A stretch of 59,863 bases of DNA, filler included, from 5 parts of 5 records of this genome joined end to end with filler, not necessarily neighbours in it, one strand, 5' to 3'. Counted from the whole stretch's first letter, positions 41,760 to 52,347 are shown. A program made the numbers and translations. Notes: a model not told the origin generated them from the letters alone.

Positions 41760-42521
41760 TCAGGAGCAGGCGCCCTCGCCCGTCTGTTCGAGTTCGCCGC
41801 CGATCCTGTCGTAGAAAAGCCGCGTGCATTGCGCGTCGCCGCTGTAGCGGTCGGTTTCGCGGTGGATCAGGACGGGGGCGCCCTCTTCCCAGATATAAAT
41901 GTCGACGCCGCCTTCCGCTGCGCTGGAGCGCCAGCGGCTGATGATTTCCTGTGTATCGGCGTCGAATTCGGGCGAGACGATCTCGTCAAGCGGGACGCTG
42001 TCCACAAACAGCATTTCCTCTTCGGACCAGAGCCAGTTGCGATAGAGCACGTTGGGGCCCGCCGTGGTCTGCGCGAGAAGGCGGAAGTCGAGATAGCCGT
42101 CGAAGTTCACGTCGATGGTCTCGAACCCGTTATGCTCGATCTGCGGCATGACGCTGGAACCGGCATCGGCGACAATCTGGAAGGGCTCGGTTTCACCCTG
42201 GCGGCGAATGGACACCGTGTCGATGACGCGTTCGCCCCTCTCGCCGTCCATGTGCCAGGCGAGGTCGAAATTGAACGGCGGCAGAACGGGATTGATGCGC
42301 GCTTCGCAGGTAATGGGGGCAGCCGCGGAACCCGGAGCAATGCAGGTGTGGCCAGCCTGAAAGGTTTCATCGCCCGGCACGCGGCCCCGCCGGGCATCGG
42401 CATCCGCTGCCGCTTCGGCTGCAACCGAATCAATGCTTGCGCCGCCATCCTGCGCGAACGCGGAAGGGGCGAGCCCCAGCAGCACATAGATCAAGACACC
42501 GGATCGAACCCGTCCACACAT
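41760..42521 (-). CDS. exported protein with DxNFDGxxD motif (XAC2610-like)
   Basis: Signal peptide ..PSAFA|Q, IDVNFDGYLDF, SPEFDADTQEIISRWRSSA; start uncertain. Confidence 0.55.
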   Translation of the reverse strand: MCGRVRSGVLIYVLLGLAPSAFAQDGGASIDSVAAEAAADADARRGRVPGDETFQAGHTCIAPGSAAAPITCEARINPVLPPFNFDLAWHMDGERGERVIDTVSIRRQGETEPFQIVADAGSSVMPQIEHNGFETIDVNFDGYLDFRLLAQTTAGPNVLYRNWLWSEEEMLFVDSVPLDEIVSPEFDADTQEIISRWRSSAAEGGVDIYIWEEGAPVLIHRETDRYSGDAQCTRLFYDRIGGELEQTGEGACS

Positions 42522-42694
42522 GGCCCCTGCCCCTTGCGCATTACGCATGCGTCACGGTCGCGCTATTCTAGCGCAAGCGGAGGACGCGCGGCCTTTTTCT
42601 TCGACGCGAAGGCGCTCTATAGTTGCCGCTCACAAAAAGACCGTGCCCGACCGGAAACCGGGCCGAATCACCGAGGATGCGCCGGACCCGACGA

Positions 42695-43543
42695 ATGTCT
42701 GACTTGCTGACCCTTCACGAACCGCAAATCCGGCTTGCCGCCTTCGCCGGCGTGCTGGCGCTCATGGCGGTGCTGGAATTCGCGCTTCCGAGACGCGGGG
42801 CGGGCTCGGTCCGGTGGCGGCGCTGGACGACCAATCTCGGCCTTGCAGCCATCGGCACACTTATTCTGCGTGTCGCGATACCGCTGCTTGCGACGGGCGC
42901 TGCGCTCGAAGCGGAGCGGCGCGGCTTCGGCCTGTTCCACTGGCTCGACATTCCCTATGTGCTTGCCTTCATCGGCTCGCTCATTGCGCTCGACCTTCTG
43001 GTCTATGCGCAGCATGTCGTTTTTCACAAGACGGGTTTGCTGTGGCGGATGCACCGCGTCCACCATGCGGACCCGCATGTCGACGTGACGACGGGCGTGC
43101 GGTTTCATCCCGGCGAAATACTGCTGAGCATGGGCATCAAGATGGCGGCGGTTGCGCTGCTAGGTGCGCCGGCCGCCGCCGTCATCCTGTTCGAGGTGGT
43201 GCTGAACGCGGCGGCGATGTTCAATCATTCGAATGTGCGGATCGGCGAAAAGGCGGATGCGGTTCTCCGCCGGTTTATCGTGACGCCGGACATGCACAGG
43301 GTGCATCATTCGGTTTATCGCGATGAGCACGACATGAATTTTGGCTTCAGCGTGTCGCTGTGGGACCGGCTGTTCGGCACCTACCGGGCAGCCCCGCGCG
43401 ACGGGCACGAGGCCATGCGGATTGGGCTTGCCGACTATCCGGCGCCCGCGCCGGAAGGGCTCGGCTGGAGCCTCATCAATCCTTTTTCCGGCCAAATTCT
43501 GGTAGCGCCCTTGCCGACAAAACCGGGCGCCGGGAGCGAATGA
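42695..43543 (+). CDS. sterol desaturase/fatty acid hydroxylase family protein
   Basis: His boxes YAQHVVFH, HRVHH, NHSN, HRVHHS; WDRLFGTY. Confidence 0.9.
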   Translation: MSDLLTLHEPQIRLAAFAGVLALMAVLEFALPRRGAGSVRWRRWTTNLGLAAIGTLILRVAIPLLATGAALEAERRGFGLFHWLDIPYVLAFIGSLIALDLLVYAQHVVFHKTGLLWRMHRVHHADPHVDVTTGVRFHPGEILLSMGIKMAAVALLGAPAAAVILFEVVLNAAAMFNHSNVRIGEKADAVLRRFIVTPDMHRVHHSVYRDEHDMNFGFSVSLWDRLFGTYRAAPRDGHEAMRIGLADYPAPAPEGLGWSLINPFSGQILVAPLPTKPGAGSE

Positions 43544-43544
43544 G

Positions 43545-44084
43545 ATGAAACGACTTTGCCTGCTGCGCCATGCGAAATCGGACTGGGGCGATCCGGCGAA
43601 GGACGATTTCGATCGGCCGCTTAATTCGCGCGGCGAGACGGCGGCGGATTTCATGGCGGACTACATCGCGGGTTCGCCTTACCGGCCGGACGCCATTCTC
43701 TGCTCGACCGCGGCGCGGGCATCGGCGACCTGTGCGCCGCTCTGCACGGCGCTGGGCACGGAGGCGCCCGTCACCTATCTGGACGACCTCTATCACGCGA
43801 TGCCGGACGTCATGATGGAGGCGATCCGCAAGGCGCCCGATGCGGCGGAGACGCTGCTTATCGTCGGACACAATCCGGGGCTCGTTTTGCTGGCGATGGC
43901 GCTGGCGGAAGACCCGGAGGAAGAAACCGCGCTTCGCATCGCGCATGGCGTGCCGACGGGCGGGTTCATCGTGTTCGAGTTCGAGGCGGCGCGCTGGGCG
44001 GATATCGAAGAGGGCAAGGGAAGCCCGGTCTTTTTCGGGCGGCCCCGCGACCTGATGGCCGAGGCGGCGGACGAAAAGAGCTGA
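43545..44084 (+). CDS. sixA: SixA-type phosphohistidine phosphatase
   Basis: LLRHAKSDW, DFDRPL, IVGHNPG. Confidence 0.88.
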   Translation: MKRLCLLRHAKSDWGDPAKDDFDRPLNSRGETAADFMADYIAGSPYRPDAILCSTAARASATCAPLCTALGTEAPVTYLDDLYHAMPDVMMEAIRKAPDAAETLLIVGHNPGLVLLAMALAEDPEEETALRIAHGVPTGGFIVFEFEAARWADIEEGKGSPVFFGRPRDLMAEAADEKS

Positions 44085-44089
44085 CGCGA

Positions 44090-45091
44090 TCAGTAGATGC
44101 TGGACGAAAAGTATTTCGCACTGATCCGCGCATGGACGCCTTCGGCGACAAGTGCGGAAAGCGCCTGGTTCATGCGGTCGCGGAGGTCTTCGTCTTCGGC
44201 GCGCAGGACGATGCCCGCACCTGCGCCGAAATAAGCAGGATCGGCATAGTCCGGGCCGACAAGGCGGCAGCACGCACCGGCCTCGCCCGACGTCCAGCGC
44301 AGCAACGTATTGCGATCCGCGAAAACGAGATCCGCTTCGCCTTCGGCAAGCGCCTTGCGGGCACGCTCGACGCTCGGATAAGGCGCGAGCGTGGCGTTCG
44401 GGAAACGCGTCAGGGCGAACGCCTGATGGACGGAGCCCGCCTGAACGGCAATGCGGCGCCCGGCAAGCGCCGAGGCCGTGGCGGCGGGCGGAACCGCATT
44501 GCGCCGGGCCGCGAAATGACCGGGGGTCGAGTAGTAGCTCGCCGTGAACACCACGCCATCATCTGCTCCGGGGCTTTCCCTGCCCGGCACGGGGATCAAC
44601 ATGGAGGCGATGACGGCATCGCCCTCGCCGCCCTTCAGCGCGGGAACGAGATCGTTCCAGGGCCGGAGCGCGAAGCCGCATTCGGCCTGCAGCTTGCCGC
44701 ATAGAGCGCGGGCAAGCTCGATGTCGAAGCCGGCCAGTTCGCCGCTGCTTTCACGATAGTTGAAGGGCGGATAGTCGCCCTCGGTCAGGAAGACGAGATG
44801 GCGCGCCGCCTCCGGCTCTTCGGCCACCGGGGCCGTGGGAGCGGGAGTGGGAGTGGGCTCAGCCGCGCGCTCGGGATTGGGGAGCGGCAATTGCAGCGCC
44901 ATGATCTGTTCGAGGGAGAGAGGCGCGGCGGGTGCGGGCGCTGGCTGCGGCGGCGTCACGGGCTCGACGATGGCGGCGGTCTCGGCCGCTCCGGCATCGA
45001 GCCAGGGCAGAGGCGCGCCTTCGTAGAGCTGCACGAGAGCCCCCGCCAGCCAGACAATCGCCCCGAGATTTAGATAGAGAAGAAACCGCAT
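44090..45091 (-). CDS. amino-acid ABC transporter substrate-binding protein (SBP_bac_3)
   Basis: TEGDYPPFNY, GFDIELARALC, YFG.G.GI; N-terminal anchor and Pro/Ala linker. Confidence 0.85.
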   Translation of the reverse strand: MRFLLYLNLGAIVWLAGALVQLYEGAPLPWLDAGAAETAAIVEPVTPPQPAPAPAAPLSLEQIMALQLPLPNPERAAEPTPTPAPTAPVAEEPEAARHLVFLTEGDYPPFNYRESSGELAGFDIELARALCGKLQAECGFALRPWNDLVPALKGGEGDAVIASMLIPVPGRESPGADDGVVFTASYYSTPGHFAARRNAVPPAATASALAGRRIAVQAGSVHQAFALTRFPNATLAPYPSVERARKALAEGEADLVFADRNTLLRWTSGEAGACCRLVGPDYADPAYFGAGAGIVLRAEDEDLRDRMNQALSALVAEGVHARISAKYFSSSIY

Positions 45092-45337
45092 CAGCCCTGC
45101 CCGATTTTCCCCTCCAGCTTCCTAGCACAGCCGGTTCGTCCCATTGTGACACAGAACCGCTGCTCCAATCCGTTCCAGACCGGAAAAGCGGAGGGTTTCT
45201 CCCCTTTAACAGCAAGCCTCGTGCCCCTTCTGATCCTTAAGTTCTATTAAGGTTAACAGGCTTCTTTTCTACGATTTATTGGAGAATTCAAATTCTGGCA
45301 GCGTGAATACAAGTCAAGATCGGGGCCGGGGGGACAA

Positions 45338-47314
45338 TTGGAAGACGAGGCCGTCAATACGGCCGGACCGCTGAGGCCTGCCTCGGAGGACGGCACAACG
45401 GCGCGCGGGCGCCGCAAGAGCAAGGGCCGGGAGGCACCCCGCCCGCTTCTCGGGGAATTGGCCGTCGAGGCCGGGCTGATGCTTCCCGAAAAACTGGCTT
45501 CGGCGCTGGAGCGGCAGCGCGAATGGGGCGGCCCGCTCGGCCGGGTGCTGGTGAGCACCGGGGCCTTGCGGCTTGCCGATCTTGCGCGGCTCTACAGCAC
45601 GCAGCGCGGCCTGCCCTTCGTCAATCTCCAGACCGAGCCGCGCGACCGGTCGCTTGCCCATGCAGGCGCGCTCGACTTCTATCTCCGCGAATCCTGCCTG
45701 CCATGGCGGCGGCGGGCGGGCGAAACGATCTACGTCGCGGGGCACCCGGACAAGGCGCGCGAGGCCATTACCGAACATGAGGGCCGCGCGCGCCCGGTCT
45801 TCGTCGCCTCGCCACGCGACATTGCACGGGTCGTGACGCGGGACTTCGGAGACGAACTCACCGACCGGGCCGTGTTCGATCTTCACCGGCGGATGCCCGA
45901 AAGTTCCGCCGCGTTGCGGCTTTCGCGCGCGCAGGCGATCTGGCTCACCATCGGCGCACTGGTTCTTCTCGCCGCGCTCTTTGCCGCGCCCAAAACCGTT
46001 TTCGCATTCGCGAATATCGCGATCGGGCTGGTTTTTCTTTCCGTCGCCGCGCTTCGCTACATCTCGATCTTTGTCGGCCTCCTCTCGCCGCCGACGGCGG
46101 AGGAGCGCGCCTACACAAACAACGGTGCGCTGCCTGATGCGGAACTACCCGTTTACACGGTGATGGTGCCGCTGTTTCGCGAGGCGCGCGTGCTGCCCAT
46201 TCTCGCGCGGGCGCTGCGGGAGCTGGACTATCCGGCCTCCAAGCTCGACATCAAACTGATCTTCGAGGAAGACGACGCGGAAACGCTGGAGGCGGCAAAG
46301 GCGCTGAAGCTGCCGGACCATTTCGAATTCATCGTGGTGCCAGCGAGCCTTCCCCAGACCAAACCGAAGGCGTGCAATTTTGCTCTGCCTTTCGCGAAGG
46401 GCCAGTTTCTCGTCATCTACGATGCGGAGGATTCGCCTGAGCCGAAGCAATTGAAAAAAGCCGTGGCGGCTTTCGAACTCGGCGACGAGAATCTCGCCTG
46501 CGTGCAGGCGCAACTCAACTACTACAACTGGAACGAGAACTGGCTGACGCGGCAATTCGCCATCGAGTACGCCTCGTTCTTCGACCTGCTGCTGCCGACC
46601 ATGGTACGGCTCGGCCTGCCGATACCGCTGGGCGGCACATCGACCCATTTCCGCACGGAGGCGCTGCGCAAGGCGGGCGCGTGGGACCCGAACAACGTAA
46701 CCGAAGATGCCGATCTCGGCATTCGCTTCGCGCTGCAGGGATATCGCTGCGGCATCATTCTCTCGACGACCAGAGAGGAGGCGAATTGCAGCCTGCCGAA
46801 CTGGGTCCGCCAGCGGTCGCGCTGGATCAAGGGATGGCTGCAGACCTATCTCGTGCGGATGCGCCACCCGGTGCAGCTTTACCGGGCGCTGGGGCTCAAG
46901 GGGTTTCTCGGTTTTCAGGTCCTGATCGGCGGCTTCACGCTTTCCAACCTTGTGCACCCGCTCTTTTACGTGGCGATGTTCTTCGCGATTGCCACAACGG
47001 GCATGCCCGCCGATTTCGGGAGCAATGCGGGCCTTGCCCTGTTCAATGTGCTGGTGCTGGTTTCGGGCTATTCGCTGGCGGTTGCGGCGGGGATGGCGGC
47101 CGTGCTGGCGCGGGGGCTGCCGCTCCTGTTCGGGCAGACCTTCATGATGCCCGCCTATTGGGTGCTGATCTCGATTTCAGCCTACAAGGCGCTGTGGCAG
47201 CTCCTCACAAGGCCGTTTCACTGGGAAAAGACGGAGCACGGGATCAGCCGGATGCTGCCCGGCCAACTTGCGGAAAATGGGGCGGAAAATGCCGCCCAAT
47301 CCGCCCGTCACTAA
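45338..47314 (+). CDS. processive GT2 glycosyltransferase with N-terminal MshEN/T2SSE_N domain
   Basis: LGELAVEAG......L...LERQ, TKPKACN, YDAED, TEDADLG, QRSRW, C-terminal TMs, HWEKTEHG. Confidence 0.88.
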   Translation: MEDEAVNTAGPLRPASEDGTTARGRRKSKGREAPRPLLGELAVEAGLMLPEKLASALERQREWGGPLGRVLVSTGALRLADLARLYSTQRGLPFVNLQTEPRDRSLAHAGALDFYLRESCLPWRRRAGETIYVAGHPDKAREAITEHEGRARPVFVASPRDIARVVTRDFGDELTDRAVFDLHRRMPESSAALRLSRAQAIWLTIGALVLLAALFAAPKTVFAFANIAIGLVFLSVAALRYISIFVGLLSPPTAEERAYTNNGALPDAELPVYTVMVPLFREARVLPILARALRELDYPASKLDIKLIFEEDDAETLEAAKALKLPDHFEFIVVPASLPQTKPKACNFALPFAKGQFLVIYDAEDSPEPKQLKKAVAAFELGDENLACVQAQLNYYNWNENWLTRQFAIEYASFFDLLLPTMVRLGLPIPLGGTSTHFRTEALRKAGAWDPNNVTEDADLGIRFALQGYRCGIILSTTREEANCSLPNWVRQRSRWIKGWLQTYLVRMRHPVQLYRALGLKGFLGFQVLIGGFTLSNLVHPLFYVAMFFAIATTGMPADFGSNAGLALFNVLVLVSGYSLAVAAGMAAVLARGLPLLFGQTFMMPAYWVLISISAYKALWQLLTRPFHWEKTEHGISRMLPGQLAENGAENAAQSARH

Positions 47315-47383
47315 CGAATCGCTAAAGACTTTCCCGCATATTGGCCTGAGTTTCGATCAGGGAAGCGTGAGAAAGAGAATCGC

Positions 47384-47911
47384 ATGGCGCAAGAAGCCGA
47401 AAGCAACCGCAAGACAGTCGGGCCCGAGACCTATGCCAAGCTCGGCGTCCTCATCGTCGAGGACACGCTCTACATGGCGAACATGCTGCGCGGCATCCTG
47501 AACGGGCTCGGCGTGCGCAACATCGTGAGCGCGCGGACAGGCGAGGATGCACTCGGCGCCCTTATGCGCGGCCAGGTCGACCTTGCCATCATGGACGATC
47601 TCGAACCGCCGCTCGACGGGCTGTCCGTCGTGCGCGCCATCCGCACGGCGGAAGAAGATAATCTCGTAAATATTCCGGTGATCTATGTCACGACGAACCG
47701 CGAGCGCGGCGCAATCATCGCAGCGCGCGACGCCGGCGTTACCGAAATTCTCTCCAAGCCCTTTTCGGCGCAGCAGTTGATCGACCGGATCGACACGGTG
47801 CTGATGCGGCCGCGCGCCATCGTGCGCTCCACCGCCTTTACCGGCCCGGACCGCCGCCGCCGCGATGGCAAGGCGCCGATCAAGCGGCGCGAGAGCGACC
47901 GCGGAAACTAG
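47384..47911 (+). CDS. CheY-like response regulator with Arg-rich tail (Cle-like)
   Basis: VLIVED, MDD, KPF receiver motifs; tail PR.IV...FTGPDRRRR. Confidence 0.85.
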   Translation: MAQEAESNRKTVGPETYAKLGVLIVEDTLYMANMLRGILNGLGVRNIVSARTGEDALGALMRGQVDLAIMDDLEPPLDGLSVVRAIRTAEEDNLVNIPVIYVTTNRERGAIIAARDAGVTEILSKPFSAQQLIDRIDTVLMRPRAIVRSTAFTGPDRRRRDGKAPIKRRESDRGN

Positions 47912-49437
47912 GCCCGGCAGGCGTCGCGATAGCTGTCGCGTAACAGGTTTTTCTGCACCTTGCCCATGGTGTTGCGCGGCAGGTCTTTAACAAAGAAGAC
48001 CCGCTTCGGCACCTTGTAGTTCGCGAGCTTCTCCTTCAGGCGCGCAAGCAACGCCGTCTCATCCAGCTCTTCGCCCGGCCGGAGCACGACGACGGCGACA
48101 CCCGCCTCGCCGAAATCCATATGGGGCACGCCGACAATGGCGGACTCCAGAACCTCCGGCATGTCGTCGACCAGTTCCTCGATTTCCTTCGGGTAGACGT
48201 TGAAGCCGCCGGAGATGATGAGATCCTTGGCGCGGCCGACGAGGTGGACATAGCCATCCGCGTCGATCATGGAAATGTCGCCGGTGCGGAACCAGCTATC
48301 TTCCGTGAATTCCTCAGCCGACTTTTCGGGCATCCGCCAATAGCCTTTGAAGACGTTGGGCCCGCGTACCTGCAGGCCGCCGACCTCGCCCGCGCCGAGA
48401 AGCGCACCGTCGTCCGACATGACACGCACTTCCGTACCCGGCAGGGGGAAGCCCACCGTGCCCGCGCGGCGCTCGCCGTCGTATGGGTTCGAGGTGTTCA
48501 TGCCGGTTTCCGTCATGCCGTAGCGTTCGAGAATGGCGTGGCCGGTGCGGGCGCGGAACTCCTCGAAGGTTTCGGCGAGGAGCGGCGCGGAGCCGGAGGT
48601 GAAAAGGCGCATGTGGCCGACGAGATCGCGGTCGAAATCATCGCCCGACAGAAGCCGCGTGTAAAAAGTCGGCACGCCCATGAAGGTTGTCGCGCGGGGA
48701 AGCTCGCGCAGCACCGTTTCGCGGTCGAACTTGCCGAGCCATATCATCCGCGCGCCCGAGAGCAGCGCGCAGTGACAGGCGACGAAAAGCCCATGCGCGT
48801 GAAAGATCGGCAGCGCATGGAGCAGCACATCGTCTTCGGTGAAGCGCCAGGCATCGCGCAGCGCGAGGCCGTTCGAGGCGAGATTGCCATGGCTCAGCAT
48901 CGCGCCCTTGGGCTTTCCGGTCGTGCCCGAGGTGTAGAGGATGGCGGCGAGGTCGTTCGCGCCGCAGATGGCGGGCGGCAATGCATCCATCACTTTCGCC
49001 GCTGCTTCGATGAAGCTGCCGCGCGCATCGGCGTCGAGCGTCAGGACATGCGGAGTGCCGTGGCGCGCGGCGATGGCGCGCGTGCTTTCTTCCGCCGATG
49101 GATCGCATATCACGAGCGACGGTTCAGCATTGCCTACGAGATAATCAACTTCTTCCGGGCGGTAGGCCGTGTTCATCGGCAGGAAGACGAAGCTGCCGCG
49201 CAGGCAGGCGAGATAGATCGCGAGCGCTTCCGGCGACTTTTCGACTTGCAACGCGACACGGTCGCCCATGCCGAGGCCGAGGCCGGAGAACAGCGCGGCA
49301 TAGCGCGCGGCCGTGTTCCGCAACCGGTCGTAGGACCACTCGGCGGGGCCCCGCACGCGGCCCGGCGCCTCGAGGGCAAGACGCGACTTGTCGTCCGGGA
49401 AGGAGGCTTCGATCAGCGTGTAAAGAGACGGGGTCAT
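47908..49437 (-). CDS. matB: malonyl-CoA synthetase
   Basis: YTSGTTGKPKG, HALPIFH.HGLF, ERYGMTE, PRNTMGKVQK. Confidence 0.9.
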   Translation of the reverse strand: MTPSLYTLIEASFPDDKSRLALEAPGRVRGPAEWSYDRLRNTAARYAALFSGLGLGMGDRVALQVEKSPEALAIYLACLRGSFVFLPMNTAYRPEEVDYLVGNAEPSLVICDPSAEESTRAIAARHGTPHVLTLDADARGSFIEAAAKVMDALPPAICGANDLAAILYTSGTTGKPKGAMLSHGNLASNGLALRDAWRFTEDDVLLHALPIFHAHGLFVACHCALLSGARMIWLGKFDRETVLRELPRATTFMGVPTFYTRLLSGDDFDRDLVGHMRLFTSGSAPLLAETFEEFRARTGHAILERYGMTETGMNTSNPYDGERRAGTVGFPLPGTEVRVMSDDGALLGAGEVGGLQVRGPNVFKGYWRMPEKSAEEFTEDSWFRTGDISMIDADGYVHLVGRAKDLIISGGFNVYPKEIEELVDDMPEVLESAIVGVPHMDFGEAGVAVVVLRPGEELDETALLARLKEKLANYKVPKRVFFVKDLPRNTMGKVQKNLLRDSYRDACRA

Positions 49438-49528
49438 GGCGCTCCGGCGGTTCGCTGCGGACAGGATGGCCCTGCCCGCCGCCGGTCTTTATAGACGATG
49501 ACCGCGGGGCCGCACCAGACGCGACCCG

Positions 49529-51514
49529 TCAACTCGCCGCATGAAGATGCAGGTAATGCATGTGGCGCTCATACTGGCCGAGAAGATCGGCGATCACCTG
49601 CTCCTTGGTATAGCCCAATATGTCGTAGCGCTGGCCGCCTTCGCGGAGCGACACCTCGGCGCGCCAAATGCGGTCCGGTCCCTCGCGTTCGCCCTCAAGC
49701 GCGGTGACGGCGAAGCTCGGCACGGGAACGCCGCGCAGCGCGACGCCGTAGTGGAACTCATCGTCGCTGCCATGCGAAACCGTCAGGCGCGCTTCGCGGT
49801 CTGCAATCTCGACATCGGCGGTGAGGCCGCGACCGCGGATCTCGCCGGCGACTTCGTTCAGCGCGGGCGCGACGGTCTCCTTCATGAAGGCGAGCGCACG
49901 GGCGCGGTTCGGCTGGTGGAGCAGAACGCCGAGACGCTGTTTCCATGGCATGGAAGGACCACCCGCAACCGACTGGGAAACCACCTGCATGCTTTCCTGC
50001 CGCTGGACTTCGCCCCGAAGCGCCTTGAAGAGGCCGTAACAGACCACAAGCAGAATGAGCGCCAGCGGAAGGGCGCTCGCGATGGCGCCCGTCTGGAGCG
50101 CGGCGAGACCGCCCGCGAGCAGCAGCACCGCCGCCACGACACCCTCGGTCACCGCCCAGAAAACGCGCTGCCAGACCGGCGGCTCCGGCTCGCCGCCGGA
50201 GGTGATGATGTCGATGACGAGGCTGCCGGAATCCGACGAGGTGACGAAGAAGGTGACGACGAGCAGGGTGGCGATCGTCATCGAGATGCCGGCAAACGGC
50301 AAATGCCCGAGGAACTGGAAGAGCGCGACCGCAACATTGTCCTGCACCGCGCCGACCATCTCAGCCGTGCCCGCAAGCTCCATGTTCAGGGCCGTGTTGC
50401 CGAAGATCGTGAACCAGAGAAAGGTGAAGCCCGACGGCACGAGCAGGACGCCGATCACGAATTCGCGGATCGTGCGGCCGCGCGACACGCGCGCAATGAA
50501 CATGCCGACGAAGGGCGACCAGGAAATCCACCAGCCCCAATAGAAGAGCGTCCAGCCGCCGATCCATTCGTTCGGCTGATAGGCGTAAAGCGTGAAGGTC
50601 TTGCTGACGATCTCGCTGAGATAGGCGCCGGTGTTCTGCATCGCCGCTTGCAGGAGAAAGACCGTCGGCCCGACGGCAAGCACGAACACCATCAGCAGAA
50701 CCGCGAGCGCAAGATTGAGTTCGGAGAGGCGGCGGATGCCGGCATTGATACCCGAAACAACGGAGACGGTCGCGAGCAGCGTGATGCCTGCGATCAATGC
50801 GAGCTGCACGCCGATGCTCATTTCGACGCCGAGAAGATAGTTCAGGCCGGCATTGACCTGCATGACGCCGAGGCCGAGCGAGGTGGCGACACCGAACATG
50901 GTGCCGAAGACGGCGAAGATGTCGACGGTGTGACCCATCCAGCCATAGATGCGGTCGCCAATCAGCGGATAGAGCGCGGAGCGGACGCTGAGCGGCAGGC
51001 CACGCCGGAAGGAGAAGTAAGCGAGCGCGAGGCCCATCACGGCATAGATCGCCCAGGCGTGCAGGCCCCAATGAAAGAAGGAAAGCTGCATCGCGTTGCG
51101 CGCCGCCTCGACGGTGCCGCCTTCGCCGACAGGCGGCGACGCGAAATGCAGGACGGGCTCGGCGACACCATAAAACATGATGCCGATGCCCATGCCCGCG
51201 CTGAAGAGCATGGCGAACCAGGAGGTCGTCGAGAAGTCGGGCGAAGCGTCGTCCGGTCCGAGCTTGATCGCACCCATGGAACTCGCGGCGATGCCGATGG
51301 CGAAGACGAGGAAGGTCGCGACCGAGGCGACATAGAACCAGCCCATCTCGTGAACGATCCATGACTGGACCTCAGCGAACATCGTCGTCGCGTCTTCGGG
51401 GTCGCTGACGGCGAAAGCAAGGGCTGCGAATATCAGGACGGCGGAACCGACGAATACGGGCACGTTCGCTTCAAAGAAACGGTGCTTTTTTTCTCCGTTC
51501 TCGCCGTTTGCCAT
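49529..51514 (-). CDS. betT: BCCT family choline/betaine transporter
   Basis: WFAMLFSAGMGIG, FFHWGLHAW, WTLFYWGWWISWSPFVGMFIAR, long BetT-type C-terminus. Confidence 0.9.
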   Translation of the reverse strand: MANGENGEKKHRFFEANVPVFVGSAVLIFAALAFAVSDPEDATTMFAEVQSWIVHEMGWFYVASVATFLVFAIGIAASSMGAIKLGPDDASPDFSTTSWFAMLFSAGMGIGIMFYGVAEPVLHFASPPVGEGGTVEAARNAMQLSFFHWGLHAWAIYAVMGLALAYFSFRRGLPLSVRSALYPLIGDRIYGWMGHTVDIFAVFGTMFGVATSLGLGVMQVNAGLNYLLGVEMSIGVQLALIAGITLLATVSVVSGINAGIRRLSELNLALAVLLMVFVLAVGPTVFLLQAAMQNTGAYLSEIVSKTFTLYAYQPNEWIGGWTLFYWGWWISWSPFVGMFIARVSRGRTIREFVIGVLLVPSGFTFLWFTIFGNTALNMELAGTAEMVGAVQDNVAVALFQFLGHLPFAGISMTIATLLVVTFFVTSSDSGSLVIDIITSGGEPEPPVWQRVFWAVTEGVVAAVLLLAGGLAALQTGAIASALPLALILLVVCYGLFKALRGEVQRQESMQVVSQSVAGGPSMPWKQRLGVLLHQPNRARALAFMKETVAPALNEVAGEIRGRGLTADVEIADREARLTVSHGSDDEFHYGVALRGVPVPSFAVTALEGEREGPDRIWRAEVSLREGGQRYDILGYTKEQVIADLLGQYERHMHYLHLHAAS

Positions 51515-51723
51515 GCCGTGCTCCTTCCGGGATATCGAATGCAAAAAGATGGGAACGGCGAAGGAGATCGCCGCCGGGCCACCATGGAGTTATGTGATTT
51601 CATGCGCAGCATTGCATAGCTCACCCGCAGGGCCAAGCCGCGGGGAGAAAGCGTTTCGCGGCGCGGCAAACAAGGCTAGGCTTGCGCGGTGCCTGAGGGG
51701 GCACTCGTAGAGGAGAAGTTTCG

Positions 51724-52347
51724 ATGCGTTTCACCCGTTTGCTCACCGTTCTGGCAGGCATTTTCATCGCCCTGCCCGCCGCCGCCGCAACACTGACGCC
51801 GCCGCAGACGGGCTACAGCGCGACACGCATCGTGAAAGCGGGCGGCACGGAGATTTCGGGCAAGCTCTATTCCCAGCAGGGAAACGAGCGTTGGGAGATG
51901 GCGATGCAGGGTATGCGTCAGGTGTCGATCCTGAAAGCCGCCGAAAGCCGGCTGCTCATGTACATGCCCGACATGAACATGGCGATGGAGATGGACGCGG
52001 CGACTGCTTCCAAGTACGGCGTCGACAATCTCGCCGACGGTATCGAGGCGACCGAAGAAGGAAGCGACATCGTCGAAGGCGAGAGCACCACGCGCTACCG
52101 CATCGAACCGAATGCAGAAAACGGCAATGCTTCCGTCAGAGTTTGGGTGACGGAAGACGGCATTCCGGTGAAGGCTGAAGGAGAAAGCGACAACGGTCCC
52201 TTCTCCATGATCCTGACGGACTTAAAGCGCGGCGCGCAGGACGCTTCGCTGTTCGAGCTGCCTGCGGGCGTCACGCCGATGAAGATGCCCGCCAGCATGC
52301 AGGGCATGATGGGCGGCGGCGGATTTCCCGGCATGCCGCCGCGATAA
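51724..52347 (+). CDS. exported DUF4412-like protein
   Basis: Signal peptide, VWVTEDGIPVK, QDASLFELPAG; AGGAG RBS. Confidence 0.65.
   Translation: MRFTRLLTVLAGIFIALPAAAATLTPPQTGYSATRIVKAGGTEISGKLYSQQGNERWEMAMQGMRQVSILKAAESRLLMYMPDMNMAMEMDAATASKYGVDNLADGIEATEEGSDIVEGESTTRYRIEPNAENGNASVRVWVTEDGIPVKAEGESDNGPFSMILTDLKRGAQDASLFELPAGVTPMKMPASMQGMMGGGGFPGMPPR

Noticed and set aside
36330-51364. Long antisense ORFs (e.g. 36330-38147, 48121-49494, 49541-51364)
   Set aside because: Shadow ORFs of high-GC genes that have clear family motifs on the opposite strand.
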